Part shown: positions 38,894-48,868 of the stretch, one piece after another | How the letters are laid out: every line of letters starts with the position of its first letter | Numbering within the stretch: position 1 is the first letter of the stretch | From: an uncultured bacterium | Lineage (GTDB): Bacteria > Patescibacteriota > Doudnabacteria > UBA920 | Direction of reading: 5' to 3' | NCBI GenBank assembly: GCA_963749445.1 | Contig: CAVVMJ010000010.1 | Coordinates: forward strand, 117,738 to 181,737 | DNA length: 64,000 nucleotides | The notes under the pieces: model-generated | What the model was told of the DNA's origin: nothing | The model's database searches: none | The model's input: only the letters and a program-made list of their open reading frames with translations | Position numbers and translations under genes: made by a program

Positions 38894-39190
38894 TCAACCG
38901 AGTAATTTAGAATATAGATCTTCCCAATTAGGATTCATTTTATTTATTAAATCTATTTTCTTTTGCCTGGAACCGCCTTTGATTTGTTTTTCTCGTTCCA
39001 ACGCGGTATACATCTCCTCAAAAACTTCGTAATATACCAGCTTGTCTACGTTATATTTTTTAGTAAACCCCTTCACTATATGCTGTTTGTGTTGCCATGT
39101 TCTCTTTATTAGTCCGTTTGTAAATCCAGTATATAAAACCGTATGTCGTTGGTTGGTCAATATATAGATATAGAACTGTTCCGATATCAT
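38894..39190 (-). CDS. GIY-YIG nuclease family protein
   Basis: YIYILTN...LYTGFTN.L.KR..QHK, LVYYE, A..REKQIKG..R.KK..LI...NP.W.DL. Confidence 0.92.
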   Translation of the reverse strand: MISEQFYIYILTNQRHTVLYTGFTNGLIKRTWQHKQHIVKGFTKKYNVDKLVYYEVFEEMYTALEREKQIKGGSRQKKIDLINKMNPNWEDLYSKLLG

Positions 39191-39241
39191 ACATTGTTTG
39201 GTATTATCGGGATTGCTCCGTCGGCTGCACTCCTCGCAATT

Positions 39242-40270
39242 TCAGGAATTTTTACCCACCATAATCGCTTCCTCCACTAACCGATGAGAATACCCATATT
39301 CATTATCGTACCACGCCACAACTTTGACCAAATTACCGTCAACGACCTGGGTCAGGGCGAGGTCAATAATGGATGAGGCAGGGTTGGCCACGATGTCTTG
39401 CAAAACAATTGGTTCATCCGTTACTTCCAAAATTCCTTTAAAACGGTCGGTTTTGGCAGCGCTGATGAAGGCTTGGTTGATTTCTTCTTTGGTGACATTT
39501 TTCTTGAGCAGCATCGTAAAATCCGACAAACTGCCAACCGGAGTCGGCACGCGGAATGACACGCCGTCAAATTTTCCTTTGAGCGACGGAATTGCCTGCG
39601 TAGCCGAAATGGCGGCGCCAGTCGTGGTGGGGATTATATTGATTGCCGCGGCGCGGGCGCGGCGCAAATCATTGGATTTTCCTCCCGGCGGCGGGCCGTC
39701 AACCAAATTTTGTTCGGCCGTGTAACTGTGAATGGTGGACATCAGCGCTTTTTCCACGCCAAAAGTTTCCTGCATAATCGCCAAAACCGGCGCGATGCAA
39801 TTGGTGGTGCAGGACGCACAACTGATAATGTTTTGGTCCGCGCGATATTTATCGGCATTAACCCCTAAGACAATCGTCGGCGTCACGCCTTCGTCTTTGG
39901 CCGGCGCGCTAATGACAACCTTTTTGGCTCCGGCCTTAAGATGAGCGCCCGCCTTTTCACTATCCGTAAACCGCCCCGTGCACTCTATCACGACTTCCAC
40001 GCCCAACTTTCCCCACGGTAGCATTGCCGGATCTTTTTCCGCGGACACCGGATACTTTTTGCCGTCAACGATAATATTGGTTTCGTCATGCTCGATTTTA
40101 CGATGATAGCGCCCGTAAACGCTGTCGTATTTTAACAAATGCGCTAAAACGGCGGTGGAAGTCAAATCGTTAATTCCTAAAACCTCAACCTCCTTACGTT
40201 CCAACGCCACTTTAAACGCCTGCCGCCCGATGCGGCCGAACCCGTTGATGCCTACTTTGACTTGCTTCAT
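39242..40270 (-). CDS. gap: Glyceraldehyde-3-phosphate dehydrogenase type I
   Basis: GINGFGRIGR, ASCTTNC, WYDNE. Confidence 0.97.
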   Translation of the reverse strand: MKQVKVGINGFGRIGRQAFKVALERKEVEVLGINDLTSTAVLAHLLKYDSVYGRYHRKIEHDETNIIVDGKKYPVSAEKDPAMLPWGKLGVEVVIECTGRFTDSEKAGAHLKAGAKKVVISAPAKDEGVTPTIVLGVNADKYRADQNIISCASCTTNCIAPVLAIMQETFGVEKALMSTIHSYTAEQNLVDGPPPGGKSNDLRRARAAAINIIPTTTGAAISATQAIPSLKGKFDGVSFRVPTPVGSLSDFTMLLKKNVTKEEINQAFISAAKTDRFKGILEVTDEPIVLQDIVANPASSIIDLALTQVVDGNLVKVVAWYDNEYGYSHRLVEEAIMVGKNS

Positions 40271-40311
40271 TTTATTCCTTTCTTAATTTAAAAATTTAGG
40301 TCGCTCAAGAA

Positions 40312-40411
40312 TTGATGGGCATCTTCGGGCGGCTATAATCATCAGCCGATATTTATTGGCCGACGCATCAATCATAACCTACTAAACCACAACCTCGAAG
40401 ATGCCCATCAA
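40312..40411. repeat. 100-bp TTGATGGGCATCTTCG-family element
   Basis: Perfect 16-bp inverted ends. Confidence 0.85.
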
Positions 40412-40416
40412 TACAT

Positions 40417-41433
40417 TCAACTTTCTTTTTTTGCTGCCTCCCGCAACACCCGTGCCTTGACTTTTTCATCCGTGATTTTTATCGGGACAAATTTTTTCAG
40501 CTTCTTAAGTTGCGCTTCCATCTCCCGCTTGGTCAAAAGCCCGGCCTGCGGCCCGACCTGCTGGACCACCGAGCCGGCATTTATGGGCCCCCAGCGCAGA
40601 GCTTCTTTGTGGGGCAAACCGTGCGCTAACGCCGCAATGTAGGCGGTAGTAAAAGCATCGCCCGCACCAGTGGCCTCAAGGCACGGCCCGGGATATTCCG
40701 GAATATAATAAAACCCTTCCTTGGAATAACTGTAAGCGCCGGCGCGGCCGTCAGTCAAGGCCACGGCTCTTGGACCCAGTTTGACCAAAGCGCGGCACAG
40801 GCTTTCCGGATCGCGGCCACTTTCGCCGACCCAACTTTGGGCTTCTTCCACGTTGAGCGACAGCAAATCCGTGCGCTTGAGCATCAATTCATTGGCCTTA
40901 GCTCCGGCCCGCAACTGGAAAGTGCCGGGATTAAATCCCAACTTGGCCTTGTAACGGTCAACATACCTGGCCAAATCGTGGTAAACGGTTTCAAACCCTT
41001 GGCCCATGCTCGTTAAATAAATCCAACCGGAGTGGACAAAATCGGGCAACTGATATTTGCGGTGCTCGTGGTAAACAAAAATCGTACGCTCGCCCTGGAA
41101 ACTTAACACGGTTGAGGCGTTAGTCGGGTGCTTGTCGTTTTTAATGATGTAGCGCGTGGACACGCCTTCTTTTTCCATTTTGTGCACGATTTCCCGGCCG
41201 CCGGTGTCATGCGCCACCACGCAATAATAAGCGGCGTTCAGCCCCAAGCGCGAACTGCCCACGGCGTTATTGGCCGCGTTGCCGGCCACGGTCCGGTAAA
41301 ACTTGTCCACCGGCAGCTTGTCGCCCCAGCTGATCACCGCTTTTTTTTCTCCGCCCATTTCCTTAATTTCAATATCGTGCACAATCAAAAACGTGTCAAT
41401 GGTCGGGTCGCCGATGGAAATAATGTCAAACAT
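40417..41433 (-). CDS. PfkB family carbohydrate kinase
   Basis: AGNAANNAVG, NVEEA, EATGAGDAF. Confidence 0.9.
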   Translation of the reverse strand: MFDIISIGDPTIDTFLIVHDIEIKEMGGEKKAVISWGDKLPVDKFYRTVAGNAANNAVGSSRLGLNAAYYCVVAHDTGGREIVHKMEKEGVSTRYIIKNDKHPTNASTVLSFQGERTIFVYHEHRKYQLPDFVHSGWIYLTSMGQGFETVYHDLARYVDRYKAKLGFNPGTFQLRAGAKANELMLKRTDLLSLNVEEAQSWVGESGRDPESLCRALVKLGPRAVALTDGRAGAYSYSKEGFYYIPEYPGPCLEATGAGDAFTTAYIAALAHGLPHKEALRWGPINAGSVVQQVGPQAGLLTKREMEAQLKKLKKFVPIKITDEKVKARVLREAAKKES

Positions 41434-41436
41434 AGG

Positions 41437-41489
41437 TTAGTGAATTAGTGAATTAGAGAGTTTACGTTCTAATTCTCTAATTCTCTATT
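41437..41489. repeat. Tandem-repeat hairpin (TAG(T/A)GAAT octamer)
   Basis: TTAGTGAATTAGTGAATTAGAG / TTCTAATTCTCTAATTCTCTA; sister copy at 62615-62679. Confidence 0.8.
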
Positions 41490-41503
41490 TTTCTTTTTAC
41501 TGA

Positions 41504-41701
41504 TTAATACCTGCTATACATCCCAAAACACCCGGCGCCAGCGCGGCCGTCAAGATTATCGCGGACATAATTGACGGCAAAAAAACTGACCAAAATAATC
41601 AGCAATAAGCCTAGCACTATATCGGACACGCTGTAATAAATCACAAACTTGGCTTCCGGCCTGTCTTTGTGCATATGCTTTTTGTGGACAAATTTGAGCA
41701 T
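41504..41701 (-). CDS. Small hypothetical membrane protein
   Basis: 65 aa, one TM, fits the gap in the operon. Confidence 0.5.
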   Translation of the reverse strand: MLKFVHKKHMHKDRPEAKFVIYYSVSDIVLGLLLIILVSFFAVNYVRDNLDGRAGAGCFGMYSRY

Positions 41702-41727
41702 AAAATTATGATCAAGATCAAAAATTA

Positions 41728-42699
41728 TTATTTTTTCCTTTTGAAAACTTTTAAGATCGCTTTCTTAATCGCGTCCTTGCCCATCCCATACTTTTCAATT
41801 AATTCATTCGGCTGGCCGGATTCGCCAAAGGTGTCGGGCATCCCCACCATTTCCACGGGTACGGGATAATTCTGCGCCAGGACTTCGCAAACCGCGCTGC
41901 CGCAGCCGCCCATCACCTGATGTTCTTCCAGCGTCACGACGGCGCCGCATTTGCGCGCCACGTCGATAACGGTTTCGGCGTCAATCGGTTTAATTGTATG
42001 ATTATTTACCACCATCACGCTAATGCCATCCTTTTCCAGCTCAATCGCGGCTAACAAACCGTTATATAAAACCGGGCCGCTGCCGATTAAAGCCACGTGG
42101 TTACCGTCGCGCATCACCTCGGCTCGGCCGATTTCAAAGGGCGAATCAGCCGTTGTCATTATGGGCGTTTTTTCGCGGCCAAAGCGGAAATACACGGGGC
42201 CCGGCGTTTTCCCCGCAGCTAAGGCGGTTTTTTTGGCTTCCAGGGCATCACAGGGCACTACAATTGTCAAATTGGGCAAAACCCGGGTTATGGCAATATC
42301 CTCTAAAGCTTGATGGGTGGCCCCGTCCGGACCGACCGATATACCTGTATGGGCCCCCGCGATTTTCACATTGGCCTGGCTGTAACAAACGCTCACGCGC
42401 AATTGGTCCCAATTCCGCCCTGGCGAAAAAACGGCATACGACGACACGAAAGGAATTTTGCCGTAAAGCGCCAGGCCCGCGGCAATGCCCATCATATTCT
42501 GCTCGGCCACGCCGCACTCAATGAACCGCTCGGGGAATTTTTTGGCAAAATCCAAAACGCGCGTGCTCTCGGCCAGGTCAGCGGTGAGCACCACCACTCT
42601 TTCATCTTGCGCGCCCAATTCCAAAAGCGCTTCGCCGTACCCGTTGCGGGTCGGCGCCTGCTCAATATCTGGTTCACCAATTTTGGGATTTAAATCCAT
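41728..42699 (-). CDS. tkt: Transketolase, C-terminal subunit
   Basis: ADLAEST, GVAEQNM, GPDGATHQ, EEHQ..GG. Confidence 0.93.
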   Translation of the reverse strand: MDLNPKIGEPDIEQAPTRNGYGEALLELGAQDERVVVLTADLAESTRVLDFAKKFPERFIECGVAEQNMMGIAAGLALYGKIPFVSSYAVFSPGRNWDQLRVSVCYSQANVKIAGAHTGISVGPDGATHQALEDIAITRVLPNLTIVVPCDALEAKKTALAAGKTPGPVYFRFGREKTPIMTTADSPFEIGRAEVMRDGNHVALIGSGPVLYNGLLAAIELEKDGISVMVVNNHTIKPIDAETVIDVARKCGAVVTLEEHQVMGGCGSAVCEVLAQNYPVPVEMVGMPDTFGESGQPNELIEKYGMGKDAIKKAILKVFKRKK

Positions 42700-42775
42700 T
42701 GTTACTCCGCTTTTTTGAGTAATAAATAAGCTCTATAATTATAGTGATTGAAGTTATTTTTTCATTTTATTAATT

Positions 42776-43633
42776 TTACTGATGCTCACTTTGGATTTGC
42801 CCGCGGAGCGTGCGCAATTCATTCAGCGCGATTTCCGCCTGGTACTGGTCGGGGGGGCTTCCGTGCCATTTATAATCCCCTTCCATAAAATCCACGCCCT
42901 TGCCCGGAATGGTATGCGCGATAATTATGGTCGGTTTTTCGTAAATGGCTTTGGCCTCCATGCAGGCGTCTATAATTTCTTGATGGTTATGCCCGTCAAC
43001 TTCCAAAACGTGCCAGCCGAACGCCTCGTACTTCGCGCGCAAATTTTCCAAGGGCATAATGTCTTCCGTGTTGCCGTCAATTTGGATGTTATTGCGGTCT
43101 AAAACGCCGGTCAGGTTGTGCAGCTTATATTTGCCCGCAAACATCACGGCTTCCCAGACCTGGCCTTCCTGCTGTTCGCCGTCGGACATTATTAGATATA
43201 TCCTCTGTGATTTTTTACGGTCCATCATCAACCCGTACGCTAAGCCTGCCGCTTGCGACGCGCCTTGCGCCAGTGGGCCGGAGGTGGTTTCAATGCCGGG
43301 AGCGGATAAGTTGTGCGGATGCCCCTGCAGGCGGGAGTTGATTTTCCTTAAAGTTTTCAGTTCGGCTTTGGGAAAATAGCCGGCTTCGGCCAAGCTCGCG
43401 TAAAGCACGGGATTAATATGGCCGCAAGATAAAATCAAACGGTCCCGATCCGGCCAAGTTGGATTTTTTGGGTCGTGGTTCATCACGCCGCCAAAATACA
43501 GCACCGTAAATACATCGGCCATGCCCAAAGGCCCGGCAGAGTGCCCGCTCTTGGCCTCCAGCAACATCCCGATGATGTCCTGCCGGATATCATTGGCTTT
43601 ATATTTTAATTCGTTTTGGGATAATTTTTGCAT
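42776..43633 (-). CDS. tkt: Transketolase, N-terminal subunit
   Basis: SGH, DR.ILSCGH, LQGHP, SDGEQQEG, DRNNIQIDG, WHG. Confidence 0.93.
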   Translation of the reverse strand: MQKLSQNELKYKANDIRQDIIGMLLEAKSGHSAGPLGMADVFTVLYFGGVMNHDPKNPTWPDRDRLILSCGHINPVLYASLAEAGYFPKAELKTLRKINSRLQGHPHNLSAPGIETTSGPLAQGASQAAGLAYGLMMDRKKSQRIYLIMSDGEQQEGQVWEAVMFAGKYKLHNLTGVLDRNNIQIDGNTEDIMPLENLRAKYEAFGWHVLEVDGHNHQEIIDACMEAKAIYEKPTIIIAHTIPGKGVDFMEGDYKWHGSPPDQYQAEIALNELRTLRGQIQSEHQ

Positions 43634-43710
43634 TTTGGTATTTACGCTGTTTACCAGTCCCCTCCTGGAACAGGAGGGGTGTCACCCGAAGGGTGACGGG
43701 GTGGTAGACA

Positions 43711-44064
43711 CTATTTGAGATGACTTTTAATTTCTTCAATAATTCCGTTTAGATTATTCAAAACATCTTTATTCTGAAATCTGATGATTTTTATATTCTG
43801 ACTTTGTATAAATTCCGTCCGTTTTTGATCGTAATCGTAGGCTTCAGAACTGTCATGCGTACCGCCATCCAGTTCAATGCCCAGACGCTCATTAGGACAG
43901 TAAAAATCAAGAGAATATTGACCAACACCATATTGTCTCCTAAATTTTTTGCCGAGTTTGGACCCTTTCAATTCCCTCCATAAGATAATTTCCGGCAGAC
44001 CGAGGTTATTTCTAAGTTTCTTGCGTAAATCTTTGCGGCTGACATTGTTATATAAAAAGTCCAT
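43711..44064 (-). CDS. DUF559 (Vsr-like) endonuclease domain protein
   Basis: RKKLRN...PE..LW..L......KFRRQ..VG.Y.LDFYC....L.IELDG..H...D..R........IRF.N. Confidence 0.9.
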   Translation of the reverse strand: MDFLYNNVSRKDLRKKLRNNLGLPEIILWRELKGSKLGKKFRRQYGVGQYSLDFYCPNERLGIELDGGTHDSSEAYDYDQKRTEFIQSQNIKIIRFQNKDVLNNLNGIIEEIKSHLK

Positions 44065-44242
44065 CTGTCTGCCGTTATTAGGGCTATACGCGGAGCATTC
44101 TCCTCCTATTTCAGGAATATCATCAGAATATAGGAGGGGTGCCCCGCCTTTGGCGGGACGGGGCGGTAATTTTATGAATTGCTGATGTCTACCACCTCCC
44201 CCCGCTTCGCGGGGTACTCCTCCTGTTCCAGGAGGAGACTAC

Positions 44243-44563
44243 TTAACTCCGTTTTGTCGTTATTTGATAATTTTTCTTTCTGAAACGGCGGATGACAAGT
44301 AAAATTATAAAGCTAATTAAAATCCAAAAAAATAAATTAAGGAATAAAACTGATAAATCACCCAAAAATAATTCGTGATTTTTAAAAGGGAACCCAAAAT
44401 CATATATTTTAGGGCAAGGCCCCAAAAAGCAATCAGGCTGATAACTGTTCAAAGTCAGAAGACTGGCGACGACATCAATCAAAAATCCCAACACCACGCT
44501 CCACGCCGCCAAACCGGTTTTTGACTGTAAGCTGAAGATTTTCATGTTTGTTTCTGCCGTCAA
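44243..44563 (-). CDS. Hypothetical membrane protein
   Basis: 2 TM segments, GFPF motif, Cys pair. Confidence 0.6.
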   Translation of the reverse strand: MTAETNMKIFSLQSKTGLAAWSVVLGFLIDVVASLLTLNSYQPDCFLGPCPKIYDFGFPFKNHELFLGDLSVLFLNLFFWILISFIILLVIRRFRKKNYQITTKRS

Positions 44564-44566
44564 TTG

Positions 44567-45250
44567 TTAATTGTTTCCGCCAGAGGCGGATCCGCCTTCG
44601 GCGGAAATCGTCAATTGTTGATTTAGTTTTTCCCAAGCATCCGCCATATCCGGCGCTCTGATGAGGGCGCTGCCGACTACTATTAAATCCGCCGAGGCAT
44701 GAGCGACTTTTTTAACATTCCCGATATTTATGCCGCCATCTACCTCTATTATAGCATTGGGAATTAACTTTCTCAAAGCCGCGACGCGCTCTAAGGTTTC
44801 CGGAATGAACTCCTGACCCTGGTAACCAGGAACCACCCCCATAATTTGAAAATGATGGACGATTTTTTCCAAATCCTTAAGCACCTCCACCGGCGTGCCG
44901 GGATTAATGGCAACGCCCGGTTTAATCCCCTCGGCCGTTATGGCCGCAATGGCCTCATGCAGGTCGCGCGAATTGTCAAAGGATTCGTAATGCACCAAAA
45001 CCGTGCCAAAACCCGCCATTTTGTAGTCAAACATCTCTTTGGGTTCTTTGATCATCAAGTGCGCTTCCCATTCAAACGCCGGGTTCAGGCCGTCCATGGC
45101 GGTTACCGGCAACAGCTTGCGGTCAATAAACGCGCCGTCGCCGAAATCCACCTGGACGCGTTTGACGCCGGGCAGTTTGGTGACGCGGGAAACTTTATCC
45201 AAAAAGGCTTCCGAAGTTTCCTCTAAAATTGCGGGGACGATTTGGGGCAT
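44567..45250 (-). CDS. rpe: Ribulose-phosphate 3-epimerase
   Basis: QVDFGDG.F, EAHLM, INPGTP, M.V.PG..GQ, EVDGGI, VGSAL. Confidence 0.92.
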   Translation of the reverse strand: MPQIVPAILEETSEAFLDKVSRVTKLPGVKRVQVDFGDGAFIDRKLLPVTAMDGLNPAFEWEAHLMIKEPKEMFDYKMAGFGTVLVHYESFDNSRDLHEAIAAITAEGIKPGVAINPGTPVEVLKDLEKIVHHFQIMGVVPGYQGQEFIPETLERVAALRKLIPNAIIEVDGGINIGNVKKVAHASADLIVVGSALIRAPDMADAWEKLNQQLTISAEGGSASGGNN

Positions 45251-45356
45251 AAATAATGCGATACCAATATACTAATGCATGCGAATGATACGAATAATAC
45301 CAATCTTAAATCGTATTCGTATTATTTGTATCATTAGTACCATTCGTATATTAGTA

Positions 45357-45812
45357 TCATTTAAAACTCTGCTGCTCTATCCTTTTTATCTTATCTATTC
45401 TCCGCTGATGCCTGCCGCCTTCAAACCCGGTCTTGAGCCACAAGTCCACCGCCGCTTTGGCCTGCGCAACGCTGACAAATCCAAAACCCAAAGACAGCAT
45501 ATTGGCGTCATTGTGCTGCCGGGCCAGTTCAACAATTTTTAAATCCCCGCCCTGGTACAACGCGCAGCGGATACCCCGAACTTTGTTGGCCACTATGGCT
45601 TCGCCGTTGCCGCTTAAACCCAAAACTATTCCGCGGTTACCGTCCACCGACGCGGTTTTAACCGCGCACGGATAAATAAAATCCGGATAGTCGTCGTCCT
45701 TGTCATATTTAAACGGCCCAACATCCTCAACTTCCAAATTCTGCTCCTTAAGGTATTGGCAGAGCGTATTTTTTAATTCAAACCCGGCGTGGTCGCTGGC
45801 GATGTATATCAT
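45357..45812 (-). CDS. rpiB: Ribose-5-phosphate isomerase B
   Basis: ASDHAG, DDYPD, SGNGE (Glu-type active site), HNDAN, FEGGRH.RR. Confidence 0.93.
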   Translation of the reverse strand: MIYIASDHAGFELKNTLCQYLKEQNLEVEDVGPFKYDKDDDYPDFIYPCAVKTASVDGNRGIVLGLSGNGEAIVANKVRGIRCALYQGGDLKIVELARQHNDANMLSLGFGFVSVAQAKAAVDLWLKTGFEGGRHQRRIDKIKRIEQQSFK

Positions 45813-45892
45813 GTTAGCGTTTAGCGTTTAGCGTTTAGCGTTTAGCAGTCCACTGTGTGGCTAAATGCTAATCGCTAATTGCTAACTGCTAA
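45813..45892. repeat. Tandem-repeat hairpin (TTAGCGT heptamer)
   Basis: (TTAGCGT)n / (GCTAANT)n; sister copy at 63277-63355. Confidence 0.85.
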
Positions 45893-46575
45893 TAATTGAT
45901 TATCTGATTAAAGTACAAAGGCACTAAACTCGCTCCCCCAACCAACAAACCGTCAACGTTGTGCTGTTTTAAAAATTCCGCCGCGTTGGCCGCGTTAACG
46001 CTGCCGCCGTACAAAACTTTTTTGATTTGGTATTTGGTCTTAATGAAAATCGCGATTGATTCGGCGTGCTCGGGCGAGGCGTTTTTGCCGGTGCCAATGG
46101 CCCAGACCGGTTCGTAAGCGACGACGACCGATTCCGTGTCAACTCCGGCTAAATCAATATCCAGCTGGCTCTTTAAAATATCCGTAACTTCCAATTCGTC
46201 ATCTTCTACCGTGGTGCCGTACCCTACGCAGAGGATGGGAATAATTTTATGGCTGATGAGTGTCCGCAATTTGGCGTTAATCTGCTCGTCACTTTCTCCG
46301 GTACCGCGCTTTTCGCTGTGGCCGACGATGCAATACTTTATGCCCAAATCATTCAGCTGCAGCGGACTAGTCTCGGCTGTGAACGCGCCCTTGTCCTGCC
46401 AAAAACAATCCTGCGCGCCTAAGTTTGGATAATCTATCCGCGATAAATAAATGGTCGGCGGGCACAGCACCACCTTATTTTTCGCCCGAACGGAAATTTC
46501 CGCCGCCAGTTTTTGGGCGTCTTTGAGCGTAGTGGGATTTAATTTCCAATTGGCTACTATTAATTTTTTTGACAT
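45889..46575 (-). CDS. tpiA: Triosephosphate isomerase
   Basis: ANWK, GHSE, AYEPVWAIGTG, YGGSV, LVGGASL. Confidence 0.95.
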   Translation of the reverse strand: MSKKLIVANWKLNPTTLKDAQKLAAEISVRAKNKVVLCPPTIYLSRIDYPNLGAQDCFWQDKGAFTAETSPLQLNDLGIKYCIVGHSEKRGTGESDEQINAKLRTLISHKIIPILCVGYGTTVEDDELEVTDILKSQLDIDLAGVDTESVVVAYEPVWAIGTGKNASPEHAESIAIFIKTKYQIKKVLYGGSVNAANAAEFLKQHNVDGLLVGGASLVPLYFNQIINY

Positions 46576-46590
46576 AGGATAAATTTACAT

Positions 46591-47031
46591 CTAAAGATCC
46601 ATTTTCGTCGGCGGGGTCAGGGAAATTGTATTTCCAAACTTTTTCAGTTCTTTCCGTAAATCATCATTGACCTCCCGCGCCAAGACCCACAAGCCGATGT
46701 TGCCGACGCTAAAATACAATACCTCCTCTACGGGCTCAACTAAATTCACGGTAAGCAAGTGGCGAAAAATCAGGCTGACCACCGCCCCGATAATGGAAAT
46801 TACGCCGAGCAGCCAGACCGCCCCCTGCTGCCTCAGCTTTGGCAAAAACAATCCCGCGCAAATACTGCTTATGCCGATAATCAAATGCAAAAAATTCTGC
46901 GTATCGTTAAGCCACCATTGCTGCCCGAATACGCTGTCCTGCGGCGTCGGCCCCAAAATATGCACAAACCCCAAAATGCCCAAACCCACCGCCCCCGCCC
47001 CGGCCAAAATCAAATAAAATTTTGTGCTCAT
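46591..47031 (-). CDS. Hypothetical membrane protein (DUF4383-like)
   Basis: GILGF, N..QN.LHL..G pattern, 4 TM. Confidence 0.6.
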   Translation of the reverse strand: MSTKFYLILAGAGAVGLGILGFVHILGPTPQDSVFGQQWWLNDTQNFLHLIIGISSICAGLFLPKLRQQGAVWLLGVISIIGAVVSLIFRHLLTVNLVEPVEEVLYFSVGNIGLWVLAREVNDDLRKELKKFGNTISLTPPTKMDL

Positions 47032-47054
47032 ATTGTTTATCGATAAATGTTAAA

Positions 47055-48050
47055 TTATGTTTCACCTCTCAAAAACTTCGCCGTCACTTCCGGCGGCATG
47101 GGGTTGACCGGGATGCCGGTGGCGAATTCAAAGCCGGCCCAAATGGTGATGCGCGGAAAAATCGTCAGGTGCCAGTGGAACGCCCTTTCCTCCTGCGCCG
47201 CGTGCTGGTGGTCTTTTTTGTTGGGCATATTGTGGATGTAAAAATTCAAGGGCGGGTCGGAAAGTTTGGTGTAAAGCTGGCCGAGCGTAACTTTTAAGAC
47301 GAACGACAAATGCTTAATCTCATCTTCGCTCATATCCTCAAACCGCGCGCCGTGCTTTTTGGGCAAAATCCAGGTCTCAAACGGGCAGCGGCTGGCGTAA
47401 GCAGAAATCACCACAAAATGTTCGCTCTCGTGCACCAGGCGGTCCTTGACCGCCAGCTCTTCCTTAATAATATCACAATAAATGCAGGAACGGTTGTTTT
47501 CGTAATAGTGATAGCAACCTAAAATTTCGCTGTGGATGTGGGGCGGCACAATGGGCGTGGCCAGCAATTGGTAGTGGGGATGGATGATGCTGGCGCCGGC
47601 GTCGCGGCCGTGGTTGTGGAAAATCTGCACGTAAGCCAAGCTAGGATCTTTGCTTAAATTGTTTATGCGGTCAATGAATGTCCGAATGGTCAATTCAACA
47701 GTGGCGATGGATTGCAAAGCCACCGGCTCGTTGTGTTTGCGCGTGATGATTACCTCGTGGTCGCCGTCGCCGCTGTGCGAAACGTAAAAATCCTTGTGCC
47801 GATACACGGCCGTGCTTTCCAAAGCCGAAAACTTATTTGGGATAATTCGGATTTCCCAGTCTTTGCCTTTGGGCACGCGCAAAATTTCCGGACTTTTATC
47901 CTCGTTGCCCGGACAAAACACGCAAGAACTGTCCTGCTCGGGCACGCCGAACATCACGGAATACGTTTTGTACTCATCCGGCCGTTTGTTCCTGGCTGGC
48001 GCGATGAGCACCCAGTTTTTAGTTATTGGATTTTGCCGGAATTCACTCAT
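47055..48050 (-). CDS. galT: Galactose-1-phosphate uridylyltransferase family protein
   Basis: R.KRP, CVFCPGNE, PNKF, NHG..AGAS..HPH.Q, CIYC, HWH. Confidence 0.9.
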   Translation of the reverse strand: MSEFRQNPITKNWVLIAPARNKRPDEYKTYSVMFGVPEQDSSCVFCPGNEDKSPEILRVPKGKDWEIRIIPNKFSALESTAVYRHKDFYVSHSGDGDHEVIITRKHNEPVALQSIATVELTIRTFIDRINNLSKDPSLAYVQIFHNHGRDAGASIIHPHYQLLATPIVPPHIHSEILGCYHYYENNRSCIYCDIIKEELAVKDRLVHESEHFVVISAYASRCPFETWILPKKHGARFEDMSEDEIKHLSFVLKVTLGQLYTKLSDPPLNFYIHNMPNKKDHQHAAQEERAFHWHLTIFPRITIWAGFEFATGIPVNPMPPEVTAKFLRGET

Positions 48051-48431
48051 CTATTTTTTATTTTTGTCTAGGTAATTTTGCAAAATTATTTGCGCAGCCA
48101 AACTATCAAGATTTTTATTTTCACCGATGATGTTCTGGGCCATTTGCGATGATAATCTTTCATCCATAATCTCCACCGGCAAGCCAGTCTCACTTTCCAC
48201 TTTCAACTTGAAACTTTTAACTTCTTCCGTTTTTTTTGTTTCCTTGCCGCTCATATTCAGCGGCCAGCCCAGAACTATTAAACTTATTCGCTGATCACTT
48301 ACCAGCTTATTAACTTGCTCCCAAAATTCTTTAGGCGATAAAATCGTAAGTTCACGCGCCAGGGTTTGGGACTCATCGCTAATGGCTAACCCAATCCGCT
48401 TCTCTCCGTAATCTATTCCAAGTATTTTCAT
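48051..48431 (-). CDS. ruvX: YqgF/RuvX family nuclease
   Basis: ILGIDYGEKRIGLAISD, G.P.NM.G, DERLSS, D.LAAQIILQ; ATG 48431. Confidence 0.92.
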   Translation of the reverse strand: MKILGIDYGEKRIGLAISDESQTLARELTILSPKEFWEQVNKLVSDQRISLIVLGWPLNMSGKETKKTEEVKSFKLKVESETGLPVEIMDERLSSQMAQNIIGENKNLDSLAAQIILQNYLDKNKK

Positions 48432-48514
48432 AAGTTTGTCCGGGCTATCCGCGGAGCCTCCCCTCCTGCCAAGGAGGGGTGTCACCCGAAGGGTGACGGG
48501 GTGGTTGGAGTTTG

Positions 48515-48868
48515 CTAAAAATGCTTCCTGATTTCCATAAGCACTCCCTCAATATTATTTATAATGTCTTTATTTTCAAACCTGATAACTTTTATTCCTT
48601 TTCCGTTTATATAACCAGTCCTAATTTGGTCGTTTTGGTATCCTTGCCCCGTGTCATGCGGCGAACCGTCCAGTTCCACAGCCAATTTTTTTCCAGAACA
48701 ATAAAAATCCAAAATATAATTTCCTACACTATGCTGTCTTCTAAACTTTTCCCCCGGCTGGCTGTTTTTTAAATAAGACCAGGGCCTGGCTTCGGCGGGA
48801 GTAAGGCTCTTACGCAGCTGTTTACGATTATTTTTGAGTCCAATCAGATTATTTAATCGCTTGGTCAT
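48515..48868 (-). CDS. DUF559 endonuclease domain protein, second copy
   Basis: RKQLRKSLTPAE, KFRRQHSVGNYILDFYC, VELDGSPH, IRFEN; ATG 48868 because the longer start lies in the repeat arm. Confidence 0.88.
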   Translation of the reverse strand: MTKRLNNLIGLKNNRKQLRKSLTPAEARPWSYLKNSQPGEKFRRQHSVGNYILDFYCSGKKLAVELDGSPHDTGQGYQNDQIRTGYINGKGIKVIRFENKDIINNIEGVLMEIRKHF

